Shown here in pieces: positions 1 through 13,054 of a stretch of DNA of 64,000 nucleotides. Each line of letters starts with the position of its first letter. Position 1 is the first letter of the stretch. A program made the translations under genes and the position numbers. Source of the DNA: Negaprion brevirostris (Eukaryota); assembly GCA_030324005.1 (NCBI GenBank), contig JARDVH010000099.1, positions 21,728,265 to 21,792,264 on the forward strand, written 5' to 3'. Below the pieces are notes generated by a model. The model was not told where the DNA came from. It saw only the letters and a list, made by a program, of their open reading frames with translations, and searched no databases.

Positions 1-557
1 CTGTGGTTGCTTTACACTGTTATAGGGTTGAAGGAACAGCAGATTTTTTTCCAAAATGGATGTTTTTCTTCAATATTTCGATGCTTACCACTGTTATTAT
101 CAACCATCAATTCTCTACATAGTGTTTAATGGATGAATGGGTATGGAAGGAACATGGAGGCCATGAGAGGGAATCGAGCAAGCTGGTGTGTGGGTGGGGA
201 GGGGTGAAAGTGCGAGAGCAGTGAGGGCCTCCTATCTGCTTTTAATACAACTGGGATGATGTCCCACAGACTACCTTCCTGTCTGCCTGCCCCTGTGGCT
301 ACATAATCTGCTTCCAAGGTTGACCAGTTTACCTCTCTCCTGTCCCTGCTTCCCTGCAATAGAAATTGCACTTAAGAGGGTATTTTAAACCAAGGTGGGT
401 CTGCTGAGTTGAGAAATTTCCCAACTATCCACCTTGGTAGAAGAAATATGGTCCCATACTCTCACCACCCTTCTCCACCCACCCACTCCCATTGCCTCAT
501 CCACGGCCTTCATGTCCCCATGCCCATTCACCTACAAAGCCCAATGTACAGGATCAA

Positions 558-2060
558 TGGGTGGAATTCTCAGTTTTTGAGACAAAAACTGTGTCAGGTG
601 GCTCTGGCATCACTTTTTGCACTGGCCAGAATTGCAGGGTGTCGCATTAGATTTTGCACTTGGTATCTTATTAATTATGCACTGTTTACCTCCAAATCTC
701 CTGATGGGCTGGTAGTTGGTGGGTTCAAAGGTCCTGATGCCATATTTAAATACCAGTCCAGAACACTCATTTCACTCTTTCCAGCCCACCTGTCTGCATC
801 AAACCATCCAGTATGTCAACAACCTGGAAACAAAATGCTGGCAGCTTCAAAGAAGTCATGATGTAGAGATGCCGGCGTTGGACTGGGGTAAACACAGTAA
901 GAAGTCTGACAACAGCGGGTTTAAGTCCAATCGATTTATTTGATAGTAAACTCGAAAGCTTATGAGTTTACTATCAAATAAATCTCAGGACTTAAACCTG
1001 GTGTTGTCAGAGTTCATACTGAGCTTCAAAGACCACAGCACCATCTTTCACCACCAAAACCCTCAAGACTCTTACTCAGGGAGTCTGGGCCCACATATGC
1101 TCTACCCGCGGACAGCTGAAAGAAGTATGCAAATTCAGATCTCACCTCTCTGGCCTGGAATGCCATTCCTAGGAGATCAGTGTAGCTGCCACCCACCCTG
1201 CGCCATCCAGCACAGGAAGCAGATGAATTATCATATCCTCTTCACTAGGGTAAGTCCTTTCTCAGCTCCTTCCAATATCAAACTCTCAGCATGGCATCCT
1301 GTACTCAAACAATTACTCTCTTCATGGATTTCATATTCTCAGTCACAGCAGACTCTCAAAAGTACTTTCACAACACCACTATCCCACTTATCTTGTTGCT
1401 CACACTCCATTCTCTGTCCCTTCTGTATAGGGAGCATCACACACAGGGAAATGAATTTCACCCAACCTCTGCTCCATCCTCTCTGTCACATGCTTTTTTT
1501 TGTCTCCATACAGACCAAACTTGTGAACAACAATTGACAGTGAGCCCAATCCAAGGGATGGATAGCAGCATTGTTAGGGTGTAATTCAAGGCTAGATTCA
1601 GGGTCACTTTCTGAGGAACACCTCACTGACACATCCTCTCAGCAGTGAGAGGCAGGGACAGCTCAGGGTCTCAAGTGGTCAGAGGGTGGCTGGAGACCAG
1701 CCACCTGCTCAGTCCCTGTCAGCTGTTGAGCCTTTGGAAGTGGTGGAGGGGAAGATGCAAAGGAAGAAAGTGTAACATTAGGCAAAGATTCAATAGTTAC
1801 TCAGCAGACTAGAGCACTCGATGAAGGAGTCAGTCTGCGTCCGTCTGATGTCATGGCTCTGACATGCGAGCATCTCAAGACTACCATGGAAAGGATGGCA
1901 ACCACCATGTAGATCTTGCGCCAGCAGATCCTGCTAGATTTGCACTCAGTCATGCACTCTGGTGGACACCAGCAGGATGTAGACAACATAGCGCTTATCT
2001 CCCGGCAACCATCCTTGCAGACATTCTGACTCCTTGAAGATTCCAGGCACCTTGGAATGA
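558..2060 (+). mobile_element. Decayed PIF/Harbinger element remnant (Myb/SANT-like ORF exon), interrupted by a Penelope end
   Basis: TIR-like GGGTGGAATTCTC at ~559. 1095-1255 reads MLYPRTAERS...AWNAI...AIQHRKQMNYHILFTR then GTAAGT, matching the Harbinger Myb-like pattern LYP..RR..AW..IA..QCRK.MNDL plus a splice donor. Right boundary uncertain. Confidence 0.5.
858..1021. mobile_element. Penelope-like element terminal fragment folded into an inverted repeat
   Basis: Same terminal sequence (GAGATGCCGGCGTTGGACTGGGG...AAGAAGTCTGACAACA...AAGTCCAA...TTTATTTG) as at 10545-10605, 19797, 59878, 60995. 895-1021 is self-complementary. Confidence 0.7.
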
Positions 2061-2068
2061 CTGAGGAT

Positions 2069-2382
2069 CATAGAAAGAAACCATAGAAACCCTACGTGCA
2101 GAAGGAGGCCAATTGATCCATCAAGTCTGTACCAACAACAATCCCACCCAGGCCCTATCCCTGTAATGCCACATATTTACCCCACTAGTCCCTCTAACCT
2201 ATGCATCCTGGGACACTAAGGGGCAATTTAGCATGGCCACACATCTTTGGACTGTGGGAGGAAACCAGAGCACCCGGAGGAAGCTCATGCAGACACGGGG
2301 AGAATGACCCAAGCTGGGAATCAAATCCAGGTCGCTGGAGTTGTGAGGCAGCAGTGCAAACCACTGCACCACCTTGTCGCTC
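2069..2382 (-). mobile_element. HE1-like tRNA-derived SINE
   Basis: On the minus strand: tRNA-like head (GGTGGTGCAGTGGTTTGCACTGCTGCCTCACA...GATTTGATTCCC), central TTTCCTCCCACAGTCCAAAGATGTG domain and CR1-like tail with (TTTCTATG)n. Four similar copies in the window. Confidence 0.85.
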
Positions 2383-2809
2383 CATATAGGAGTCCTGGCA
2401 ATTTCCAAGAAACCGTGCATACATGCAGGATTTGCTTTTGATGGTCACACACCAACTGCTGCGAAGCCCATGAAGGAGCCTGACCATCCTTGTCCAGAAC
2501 AAAGTTTACAGAATTTCTTGTAAAGGGCATTGGTCACCTCATGAATGCAGCATGTGCTGTTGATTGACAAATGCCACATAGGTTTTGAAAAATTCTATCA
2601 TGGATTGCAGCTATCACTGGCCAAGCCAGCATTTGTTGTACATGTCTAATTGCCCTTGAACTGAGTGGCTTGTTATGCCATTTCAGACAGCTGTCAATCA
2701 CATTGCTCTGGGTCTGGAGTCACATATAGGCCAGACCAGGTAAGGATGGCAAATTTTCTCCCTTAAGGGGCATTAGTATACCTGATGAGTTTTTATGACA
2801 ATCGACAAC

Positions 2810-5760
2810 ACTATTTTTGATAGAAAAAATTAAAGTAAATTAAGTAAACTAAAGGACAAATCAACAGAACAGCCCTTTAAAGGGACACTGCATCAAACAA
2901 AAAACAAATTGCAAAGGAAATTTAAAACATCAGACAAAAATGTGATTAACACCTCAGTCCCCACAGTGCCCAGTGGGCAAGCAAGGTCTTGATGGTGCTG
3001 GCAGACACTGCATGCTCCCTCTCGAGCCACTCCCAGCCGCAAATATAGCCACACTAGAGGGGTAGACTATCAGGCTGGAAGATCACCTTAGTCCCCTGCT
3101 GCCTGGACCTGTTGATGGCAAATTTGGCCACGTCCAGGAGCAGGTTCAGAAGGTGGTCTTCCTTCTTCCCCATCCTTTTCTGTACCAGCTGCCCATAAAT
3201 CAAGAACGTGGGACTGAAGTGTAAACAAAATTGTAANNNNNNNNNNTTTCAAATAATGGAAAAAGGGGTGCAGTCCATTACAACTTATATACTAATTGTC
3301 TGCAGACTCCTCAAGGACTCAAAATCCACAGGCACCTGGGGAGTCTATGAACTGATGTGTCCCATGGTTGTATGGGACTACGTGCAACACCCTCCACTCC
3401 TGGTCCCCAATGGTAAAGAGGAGGATTCCCATCTGGAGAGACCTACACCAGGGACTTCTGCCACTAGACAGCAACAAGGCATGCCAGGCTGTGTCTGGGT
3501 AGCAGGCGAGGGCAAGGAAGTGAACAGTATGCAGCAGCATCCCTTAAATGAAATCCCTCCATGCAGTGCTAAAAGGTTTCGGAAGGCATTTCTGTGAGAT
3601 AGCTTGGGTTGTGGTGCTCCTGCTCCCAGTGGAGAGATCAGAGCTTCGGGCCAATCTGAAATTCCATCCGAGCAGAAGTGCATTCAGATATATGAGTTCT
3701 CTGAACATCTGCGCCTCTTTGAGACCTCTGGTGCCATTGGGTCTGAGCACAACTGTCTTGAGGTCGCAGAGGGCATGGGCTCTAGATGCATATGCCCCCA
3801 TACACAATGTGCTAATTCATGGGGTGTCTTGCAGCCCACTCTTCTGGCACCCAGTCCTTCCTGATCCTGGTCGCTCCTTCCTCCACCAACCACCCGAGAT
3901 GGAATTGGTGGAGGTGTGGATTCCTGACCAGTGGCTCCCTGACAGAAGCTACTCCTGACAGAGGAGAGTTGTGACATGAGGAAACCATGTTCCAGACTTT
4001 GATAAAGTCCTGGTAAAAAAAATGGGAAATGACTGCAAAAAGTTATTAAGACCTACCCACCCCTCACCCAAGTCCATAAACAGGAGCTGCATGTCATAAT
4101 TGAGGCCTTGCACCAGGGCACACCATCTTGGAGGGGGCTCAGCGTTAAGATATCACTGCAGGTTCTGAAGGTGGAAGTTCACCACTTGGGTGCACAGAAA
4201 CACCAGTGCCTTACCGCCCTCCCTCAGACATTCACGAGCATTCTCTGGATTTTTGTGACAAACTCAGGAGGAGGGTCAAAGTGGCCAGCCAGTACCACAG
4301 CATACTGGCAATCAGCTGATTTATGACCATAACTTGATCCCTGTAAGACAGCACTCGGAGCAGTCCATCTAGTATCACAGATGAATAATGACCTTGGTGT
4401 CCAGCTCTTGCCATTTTACTGGACAGGATTCCTCATTTGGTCAAAGATGTACTCCTAAGTAGTGGAGACTGTGTTTCTGCTCCAGGTAAAAGGCTTGAGC
4501 TTCTCAGGGAGGGGTTCAACTGCCATGGGCTGGCCAAGATTCCAGAACACTTGGCCCAGTTGATTCTGGCAGAGAAGGGAACAGAGTACACAGCCTACCA
4601 CTCACACATCCTTTGCAGGTCAGCATGGTCCGTGAATATGAGGCATGTAAAATGCAAAGGCTGAAAGGAGCACCCTGATGCCTGGCCCATGCAGAGCCAA
4701 TCCTGACTACCATCTTTGCAGAGACACTTTGTGACGACATATAGAAATCAAATCTGGATGACAAAGTGTGTCCCGAACACAAATGCCCACAGAATCCCAA
4801 ATAGATATTCGTGATCCATACTGTGAAATGCCTTCTCCTGGTCAAGGGATAGGAAGGTACTTGACAGATCAGTACTCTGGGAAAAGTGGATCAGATTCCA
4901 GACAGAGTGGATATTGTTGAAGATGGTACAGTCCGGAAACCAGTAGGATTGACCAGGGTGGATCATGTGGTCCATCACCATACCAAAGTGAGAACATATC
5001 ACTTTGGCAAAGATCTTGTAAATGTGCCAGGAAGAAGACCAGGCACCAATTTTTAAGAAGGCCGAGATCCTCCCTTTTAGGCAGCAGGGCAACACGGCCC
5101 TGTATGAGAGGGGCATATCTCCAGCAGCAATGACCTCCACCAGAACCTCTGCACAGTCATTCACCAGGGAGGCTCAGAATGCCTTTAACAACTCCACAAT
5201 CAACCTGTCCAGCCCCAGGGACTTGCCCATGGAGTGGCTGTTGAGGGAGCCGGTCAGCATCTCCAGGGTTATAGGGGCATTGAGTTTTCTGATGCCCGCT
5301 GATCAGACTTCTGGTAGGTTCTCCCATAATATTCTGTGTGCATCGTTGCTGGACAGATCTGGAGAGAAAAGGAAAGAATTGAAAGCTTGGGTATGGGCCC
5401 TGATGTTCTCTGGATCTGAGACAAAGGATCTCTCATTGGCCAGCAACGTAAAGAGCTGATGACGGACCACATGCCATTATTCCGGTGAATAGAAGAAGAA
5501 GAAGCCACAGTTCAGATCCTTGCTGCACCAGATCCATATCCTCATGTATGTTCTGAGGGACCTGATGGGTTGCAGGTCCTGCAGCACACCCTTCTTCTTT
5601 TTGGATATCAACTGTAGGGGTGGGTCCAAATTGGGCTGACCGATCCATGATTCCAGGTCAATAAACTTCTTCTCCAACTCCTCGATCCCAGAATTTCTGC
5701 CTCTCTGTCGACCCCTTCACATAGTCCTGACAGAGAAATGTCTGTAGATGTTGCCTAGGT
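2810..5760 (-). mobile_element. Tx1-like non-LTR retrotransposon, 3' part (decayed ORF2 RT)
   Basis: ORF 4748-5164 (-) contains YKIFAKVI and FLSLDQEKAFHSMDHEYLFGILWAFVFGTHF, the Tx1 RT motif LSLDQEKAFDRVDH. Many stops and frameshifts. 3' UTR similar to 29950-30120. Confidence 0.85.
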
Positions 5761-5774
5761 ACCACCATAATCTC

Positions 5775-6595
5775 AAACTTGCTTCAGGAAAGCTCTAACA
5801 AGAGCTGACAGTGAGAATAAATGACCAAAACCTAACCGCTATGGACAAGCTCACCCAAGTAAGCAGCACTCTCTCACACTGTGTTCATGTTGATGATGAG
5901 GCTGATGCCAGAATTGCCAAGGCCAGTGTGTCCTTTGGAAGACTTTGCTATTCAGTATGGGAGCCTAAAAACCAAGCCCAAAGTTTACCAAGCAGGTGTC
6001 CTCTCCACTTTCTGTACACAAGTGAGACCTGGGCTATCTACCAGCGACACACAAAGAAAATCAATTGTTTTTTCCTTTCCTGCTTCTGGTAGCTCCTCAA
6101 CATCAAGTCCCAGACACAGATGTCCTAGGGAGAACCAGCATAGTCAGTGTCTTCACAATGTTACAACAAAAACTGGTCTGATGGGCTGGACAGATCACCA
6201 GAATGCCTGAAACCAACTCCCTAAGCGAATCTTCTATGGTGAACTGCAGAATGTCCCTATGGCAGCCAGAAAAAATGGTTCAAGAATATGCAGAAAGCCT
6301 CCCCCAAAGACTTCAAAATTGACACTGCATCATGGGAGACTCTTGCCCTGGGTGACAGGGGTGCAATTGTCAATGGCACATCAGCATACAAAGCCAATAG
6401 TTAACGTAATCCTAAATCAAGCGCAAGGCATATACAAACCATGAGAACAATGCCCCCAACTACCCGCTGGCCTGAGCTGGAACTTTTATGCCTAGATAGG
6501 ACTCATTAACCACGTCCATACCTTCACAGCCCAACACCTGGATGAGAAATGAAGATGGCCTTCTTCAATATCGAAGGACAACCGAAGATGATGCT
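5775..6595 (+). mobile_element. 5'-truncated RTE (BovB-type) LINE inserted into the Tx1 element
   Basis: VDDEADARIAKASVSFGRL...TKPKVYQAGVLST(F)LYTSETWAIYQRH matches the RTE C-terminal RT region. Short (GAT)-like tail at ~6585. Confidence 0.85.
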
Positions 6596-6599
6596 GACC

Positions 6600-7320
6600 C
6601 CGTCTGAGCACAGAATGGAATGAGTTCCACCCAAACTAGACAGTGGTCAGAAACACAGTGCCTGTTGCACAGAAGCCAAGGGAACACAGGATTTGTACAT
6701 CTTCAAAACATAAAGGTGGGCGATTCTGGATGCTCCGACTTCAGGCAACACAAAGGTGCACATGCTGGAATCAGAATGTAGATGCCGTCAGATGTCCACA
6801 AAATTGAAGGGCCAGAGCAGGCCCCTCAACTTCTAAACCGCAATGAATACTGCAGGGCACAAAGACAATCCCTGATCTCGAGGGCGCAGTTGAAATCCCC
6901 AATGCCCTGAGCACAATGTACTCCTCAAACGGTATGGTTTTCCTGCGGGAAGTACACTGCATACTTCCCGTCACTGAGGCCTGAGAAGTTCTGGAGCTTG
7001 CGTTGTGCCTCTCTGCTGCCATTGATGTTGAGGCTGGCTATTGTTATTATCATATCAGAAATATTGTGCTATCTCCACTAATCATCTTTTTTAGTGCTCA
7101 GAGGGAGAAGAGGCACGTGTGTCCCTCCACATTATTCTGGTTCTTTGGATTACTAGTCTAGTAACAATACCACTATGTCACCACCTCCAGTTGGGGATTC
7201 AGGTCCCACAGGCAAAGAAATTGAGTGCTGCTGTCATCTTTAGGTGCATGGTGGGGGAAGCCTTCAAACCCATGTGGCACCAGGTCCTCTTGGAGCATAT
7301 TTCACCTAGAACCACAATAT
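6600..7320 (-). mobile_element. Tx1-like element, 5' part (AP endonuclease N-terminus)
   Basis: From ATG at 7053 (-) it reads MIITIASLNINGSREAQRKLQNFSGLSDGKYAVYFPQENHT, matching the APE motifs SLNINGxR and FLQETH. Same strand as 2810-5760. Confidence 0.75.
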
Positions 7321-7321
7321 C

Positions 7322-7650
7322 CCTACAATGCAAAATGAGGCCATTTAGCCCACTGAGTTTACGCTGACTCTCTGAAAGAACATCTTACACAGATCCAGCC
7401 TCCACCCCACCCTATAAGTTACCATGGCTAACACCCCCTAACCTACACATTTCTGGACACTAAGGGGAAATAGCATTGCCAACTCACATAACCTGCACAC
7501 CTTTGGACTGTGGGAACAAACCAGAGCACCCAGGAGAAACTCATGCAGGTGTGAACAAAACATGCAAACTCCACACCAACACCCAAGGCCAGAATTGATC
7601 CCGGGTCCCTGGTGCTGTGAGGCAGCAGTGCTAATCATTGTTCTACATGT
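7322..7650 (-). mobile_element. HE1-like tRNA-derived SINE
   Basis: Similar to 2069-2382 (TGTGAGGCAGCAGTGCTAA, CTTTGGACTGTGGGA). Confidence 0.8.
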
Positions 7651-7828
7651 GGCAGGTAAGATCTCTGGACAATTGCAGCCTTTCCCTGCACTGCTTCTCA
7701 CTCAAGTTTATTCGGAATATATACTTCAGCATCAAGATCTGTGGAAGGAAGTACACTGAGCCTAATTTTCTCAAAATTAAAATGAAGAAAAGATAAAATT
7801 GTCCATTGTTACCCATCAAAATTCAGTG

Positions 7829-7962
7829 AGTGGGATTTTCCGGCTGCACTTGCCCAAGACTGGAAATTCCTACCTGAGGTCAACGGACCTTTATATGATC
7901 CACTGAATTTTGGGCCTGCCTGCTAAAATTTCTGCGGTGAGCATGATGGGGAATTTCTGGCC
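7829..7962. mobile_element. Short MITE-like element with imperfect TIRs (probably Harbinger-related)
   Basis: GTGGGATTTTCCGG...GGGAATTTCTGGCC ends. The internal CCTGAGGTCAACGGAC motif recurs at ~22050 and inverted at ~40640. Confidence 0.5.
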
Positions 7963-10039
7963 AACATTTTCATGAATGCTGAATTGTTTCACATTGTAAG
8001 ATGTAACCCTTGGTAATCAATTTATTTCTTAAAACATTACAAGAGTTCCTTTTTACAGAGATTGTTGTGTTGTGTTGTTAGTGCAATCTCTCATCACAAT
8101 TTTGGTTTTCAAAGGCAGTGTAATGATATTCTCAGAAAGTGGAACCAAAACAATTTGACTTTTAAGATTTTGAGGGTATTGCATCTGAGCCTTGGATTTG
8201 CCATTCAGAAATTTCTGGAAGTTTTCTGCGTATTATTTTGTCTTTTCTCACAATAGTGCTTAAAATGCTTAATTTCTAATAGGCTAATATTCTGCTTGAC
8301 ATTCTTAACGTCAAGCAGAATATTTTTTCAGATTAAAGATTATGATGTTTTAGAATCCTTTCTAAAGTTCGAGTTTTAGATCATTTTGTCTCTCATTTCT
8401 TACAGTCTCAATTCTTGATATCTTTCAAGTGTCTATTGATTTGAAGAAGCCCAATTAATCAGAACGGTTTCATAGAATTTGAATACAACTTTCTCTTTCT
8501 CAGAGTTCCTTTCAAATTGATTCTCCCCAGCGATTGCCAAGATTAAGGGCCAGGAAAGCATTACCAATATGCCTGGATATGTAATAGCAAACTAGACAAA
8601 CTTAAAACTGTATCTTTCAGGTGAGGTATGAATTGAACAATAACTTACTACTGTTCAATTTTGAATTAATCGTCTCTCCAGCCTGTATNNNNNNNNNNNN
8701 NNNNNNNNNNNNNNNNNNNNNNNNNNNNNNNNNNNNNNNNNNNNNNNNNNNNNNNNNNNNNNNNNNNNNNNNNNNNNNNNNNNNNNNNNNNNNNNNNNNN
8801 NNNNNNNNNNNNNNNNNNNNNNNNNNNNNNNNNNNNNNNNNNNNNNNNNNNNNNNNNNNNNNNNNNNNNNNNNNNNNNNNNNNNNNNNNNNNNNNNNNNN
8901 NNNNNNNNNNNNNNNNNNNNNNNNNNNNNNNNNNNNNNNNNNNNNNNNNNNNNNNNNNNNNNNNNNNNNNNNNNNNNNNNNNNNNNNNNNNNNNNNNNNN
9001 NNNNNNNNNNNNNNNNNNNNNNNNNNNNNNNNNNNNNNNNNNNNNNNNNNNNNNNNNNNNNNNNNNNNNNNNNNNNNNNNNNNNNNNNNNNNNNNNNNNN
9101 NNNNNNNNNNNNNNNNNNNNNNNNNNNNNNNNNNNNNNNNNNNNNNNNNNNNNNNNNNNNNNNNNNNNNNNNNNNNNNNNNNNNNNNNNNNNNNNNNNNN
9201 NNNNNNNNNNNNNNNNNNNNNNNNNNNNNNNNNNNNNNNNNNNNNNNNNNNNNNNNNNNNNNNNNNNNNNNNNNNNNNNNNNNNNNNNNNNNNNNNNNNN
9301 NNNNNNNNNNNNNNNNNNNNNNNNNNNNNNNNNNNNNNNNNNNNNNNNNNNNNNNNNNNNNNNNNNNNNNNNNNNNNNNNNNNNNNNNNNNNNNNNNNNN
9401 NNNNNNNNNNNNNNNNNNNNNNNNNNNNNNNNNNNNNNNNNNNNNNNNNNNNNNNNNNNNNNNNNNNNNNNNNNNNNNNNNNTAGTAGAGGTCAGACAAA
9501 GGTGACGAATAAGGGTAACGTAAATGCCTAGAAAACAGATAAAATTACACGACATAAGTAAAAAAAGCTTGAAATAGAGCAAACTATTGATGAAAATAAA
9601 TTAAATATCATGTTATGAGGGTCAGCTATTGGGTTGGGTGGGAAGTTGGTGGGGTGTTTCCCCCACTGGAAACATGCCTGGCAGACCAGGGTCATTGATT
9701 GAGATTAATCAATGTTACAGTCCCAATCATTGGCCAGAATTCACAAACGTACTCGCAGCTGGGGTTGTCCACTCCCTCTGCTGTGAGCGCCAAATTTTTT
9801 AATCTTGCTAGCAACGGTGGTGGGTCGTGCCAGGCTGGAAGCTTCCGGCCATTAAATGGAATTGGTAGTCAAGGTTCAGGGATGACACACGTAGAGATGT
9901 TGGGCAGAATCTTCTGATAAATTGTCAGTGCTAGCTTCAGTGAGAAAAATCAATGTGTAGCTCTCCAGCTGCAGAGTTGGGTTTTCTCTAGCACACTGAG
10001 TGTGGTTTCCACCGTCACACTGGTGGGCCAGGGCCTGAA

Positions 10040-10605
10040 AGAGCAACAAGCCAGTTCCACAGAGATCAGACACCATCTTTAACGGGTGCTCTGATCCGTG
10101 CTAAAAAGAAACTCCTCGACATACATAGGGGAACCCTCACAAGCATTGGTGCAAATCCCCCAACAAGCATGGGGGCAAGCATACCCCCCCACCTCCCTCC
10201 CCTTCACAAATATCAGGACAAGCATTGGGGCAACTTCCTCACCACCAACAAGTATCTGGGACTCCACCCAGGAGCAATGGAGCAAAACTGCACACATGTA
10301 GAACCCCCACAACTTGCCTGGGCTTGCAAACCTCACTAACAGTCCTGTCTGGAGATAATACACATTTCTTTAACCTATGCTTAATGCTCTCTCCAGTCAC
10401 ATTGTCTGTACCTTTAAGACTTGATTGCCTGTAAAGACTTGCATTCCAACCATTATTTTGTAAATTGAGTTTGTGTCTTTTGATGCCCTGTTTATAAACA
10501 GAACTACCACTTACCTGACAAAGGGGCAGCGCTCCAAAAGCTAGTGGCTTTTGCTACCAAATAAACCTGTGGTACTTTAACCTGGTGTTGTGAGACTTCT
10601 TACAG
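10040..10605 (+). mobile_element. Penelope-like element 3' fragment
   Basis: Y-I-G-E (GIY-YIG-like) remnant at ~10122. The tail CTGGGCTTGCAAA...GCATTCCAACCATT...CCTGACAAAGGGGCAGCGCTCCAAAAGC is shared with 61730-61970. Confidence 0.65.
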
Positions 10606-11809
10606 TGTGAATGCCCTTTCCCCAGGGCTCCCCAGAGGGCCCACCCAGCAAAGCTCCCTGGCAGTCCCACCCTGAAAGTGCCACTGTCAGGTTGCCAGGG
10701 GGCAGTGTGAATCCCTCTGCCCCCTAGAAACCTTACCTGGTATGTTCCCCTCAACTGCTTCCCATTTTTAAATATGTGCTGTGACTGCGCTGACGCATCG
10801 CCACATTGGTGAGGCATGAATGTTCACTGAGGGGGGAACAACAGGTCTGACAGCATTTGTTAAGAGACAATAGAGCTAACGTTGAGTCTGAATGACCCTT
10901 CTTCAGAGCCCTTTTTTGTTTTTTTTTCAGATTCCAGCATCCTCAGTAATTTGCTTTTATTTTATTAAGAATTATGACAATATGGATCAGAAGAGTTTGT
11001 GTGGTGGTAAGAGCAAAATTGCAAAAGATGAGGATGAATGATCAGATTGGGCACGTGAAATTGTAGTAGGGTGAGGAAATAGTGGATGCTGTTGCATTGA
11101 AAGTTCCAATTTTCAACACAAATAAAACACAAGCTCATTGCACTTGTGTTTGAGGTGAGGCAAGAGGGTAGGGGAGGAACATTTATGGAGGAAATTGTGG
11201 AGGATTCCAGCATTATCTTTACTTTCCTGAATGATTGATTTGTGGTATTATATGTTGGATTCAGTAGAAAAGTTGATATTATAAATGAATAGAATTCAAA
11301 AAAAGAGAAACACGTGGTACTTGTAGACTTTAAGAGTTGGAAATTGTACTGTTGATTAAATCCCCAGAGATCAACATTCCTGTAAGACCTTTACTCAGAA
11401 AATCATTTCAGGATTGATCAAAGATCTCTGAACAGGTATCAAAGATTTAAATTCAAACTATGTTATTTAGGATGTCTCTGTGTTGCTAATAAAAAGCCTA
11501 GGTGGCTGGGCTGGCTTGGCTACCTTGGCTACCAAGCTGTCATGAGAGGCATTCAGACTGGAGATATGACTTGACAGTGTACAAAAATGTCTTCAAATTT
11601 ATTTTCCTTGGAGAACCGAATAGATAAGTGCCACACCTGCGTCCTGTATGTTGCTGGCACATCTTCACAAAAGCTGAATAAAGTTATCTTCTCTGATGAT
11701 TAATATACTTATTTTCATGACAATATTTTAACAGTACAATTTAAAGTTTTTGCAGTTGCTTTTGAAATGCAGGACACATGGACACTGATGAAAAACAAAA
11801 CATGGGAAG

Positions 11810-12215
11810 GAAAGAAAGAACCTGCATTTATAGGGCATCTTCCACTACATCCCAATTTGTGCACAGTAAGACCCACAACCAGTCTTGAGATAAATCGCTG
11901 GTGAGGATAATTAGGGGCCATTTTCATCAAGCCACTGAGAACTCAACTACTTTTTGAATATTGAATCTTATATACCCACATGAGTTGGTGTGAAGTTTCA
12001 TTCAGAAGTATTTGCTTCTGACAGCGTAACATCCAGTATCAATGTCATTAAACATATGCCTAAATAACATTTATTTATTAGTATCACAAGAAAGCTGACA
12101 TTAACACTGCAATGAAGTTATTTACTGTGAAAATAAGTGAAAATAATGCGCTCAAGTCTAGGACCTGAACTGATCATCTGTAAACTTCAAGGTGAGAGTG
12201 CTGCCACTGGGCTAA
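11810..12215 (-). mobile_element. Old Deu-domain (SacSINE1/AmnSINE-like) SINE remnant with an inserted SINE tail
   Basis: AGAAAGAACCTGCATTTATA tail and GAGAGTGCTGCCACTG head, similar to 17845-18050. Highly decayed. Confidence 0.4.
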
Positions 12216-13054
12216 CAATGATGTTTCAGCTGAAATAAGTTTTTCTTTGATGCAGTATTCATACTTGTACTTAACTATATTTCATGAAAGTCACATATCC
12301 TACTAAATGGTGCCTTTTCAGAAGTATTACACCCAAAAGTGCCAAACAGTCATGAAGCAAAAAATAATTATTGGGTTAAATGATGGTTTATTTGCTAAAT
12401 TATCAAATGCCTGATTGACTAAAATGATTGATTAAAATCATCTGATGAGCACAAATTAGAAACAGTAGAAAGATGATCAAATTATTCATATTTTTTGAAA
12501 ACTACAAACCGTGAACTGTCAAGCGGCAGTAAATACCAAACCTGAACTGAGAGCAAGGAGTGTCCAAGAATTAGCTCCACACCGACTTTAAAGGCGTTCA
12601 AATGGTCAGTGGATAGGCATATGGATAACATTGGAATAGTTTAGGTTAGAGGGTCANNNNNNNNNNNNNNNNNNNNNNNNNNNNNNNNNNNNNNNNNNNN
12701 NNNNNNNNNNNNNNNNNNNNNNNNNNNNNNNNNNNNNNNNNNNNNNNNNNNNNNNNTGGATAGGCATATGGATAACATTGGAATAGTTTAGGTTAGAGGG
12801 TCATTAGATTTGTTCCACTGGTCGGCGCAACATCGAGGGCCCAAGGGCCTGTACTGCGCTGCAATGTTCTATGTACAACAGGTATTGGCTCCGAGCGTAT
12901 TCTCTTTTCAGAGCATTGCCCTGATTACTCATGCAGCTGCTGACCATTAAGTCACCATTTCCAAGCTGCTGACTACCTCACTGATTGTGTGGCCACCATC
13001 TAGGCTGACTTGTTCACCACCCTGATGCACTGAGAGATTCAACCCTATAATTCT

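Noticed and set aside
962-1537. 191-aa ORF as a host gene
   Set aside because: It starts inside the Penelope hairpin and runs through a decayed Harbinger Myb exon into its intron, so it is a chance ORF.
2300-2382. tRNA genes at the SINE heads (also 43290-43360, 58454-58515)
   Set aside because: These are A/B-box-bearing SINE heads attached to the SINE core and tail, with no full cloverleaf.
8617-9582. Long ORFs in the track (also 20188-20972, 53374-53758, 61126-61416)
   Set aside because: They are open only because they cross N-gaps.
12610-12803. 47-bp exact direct repeat flanking a 100-N gap
   Set aside because: Typical contig-end overlap artefact within a CR1 tail.
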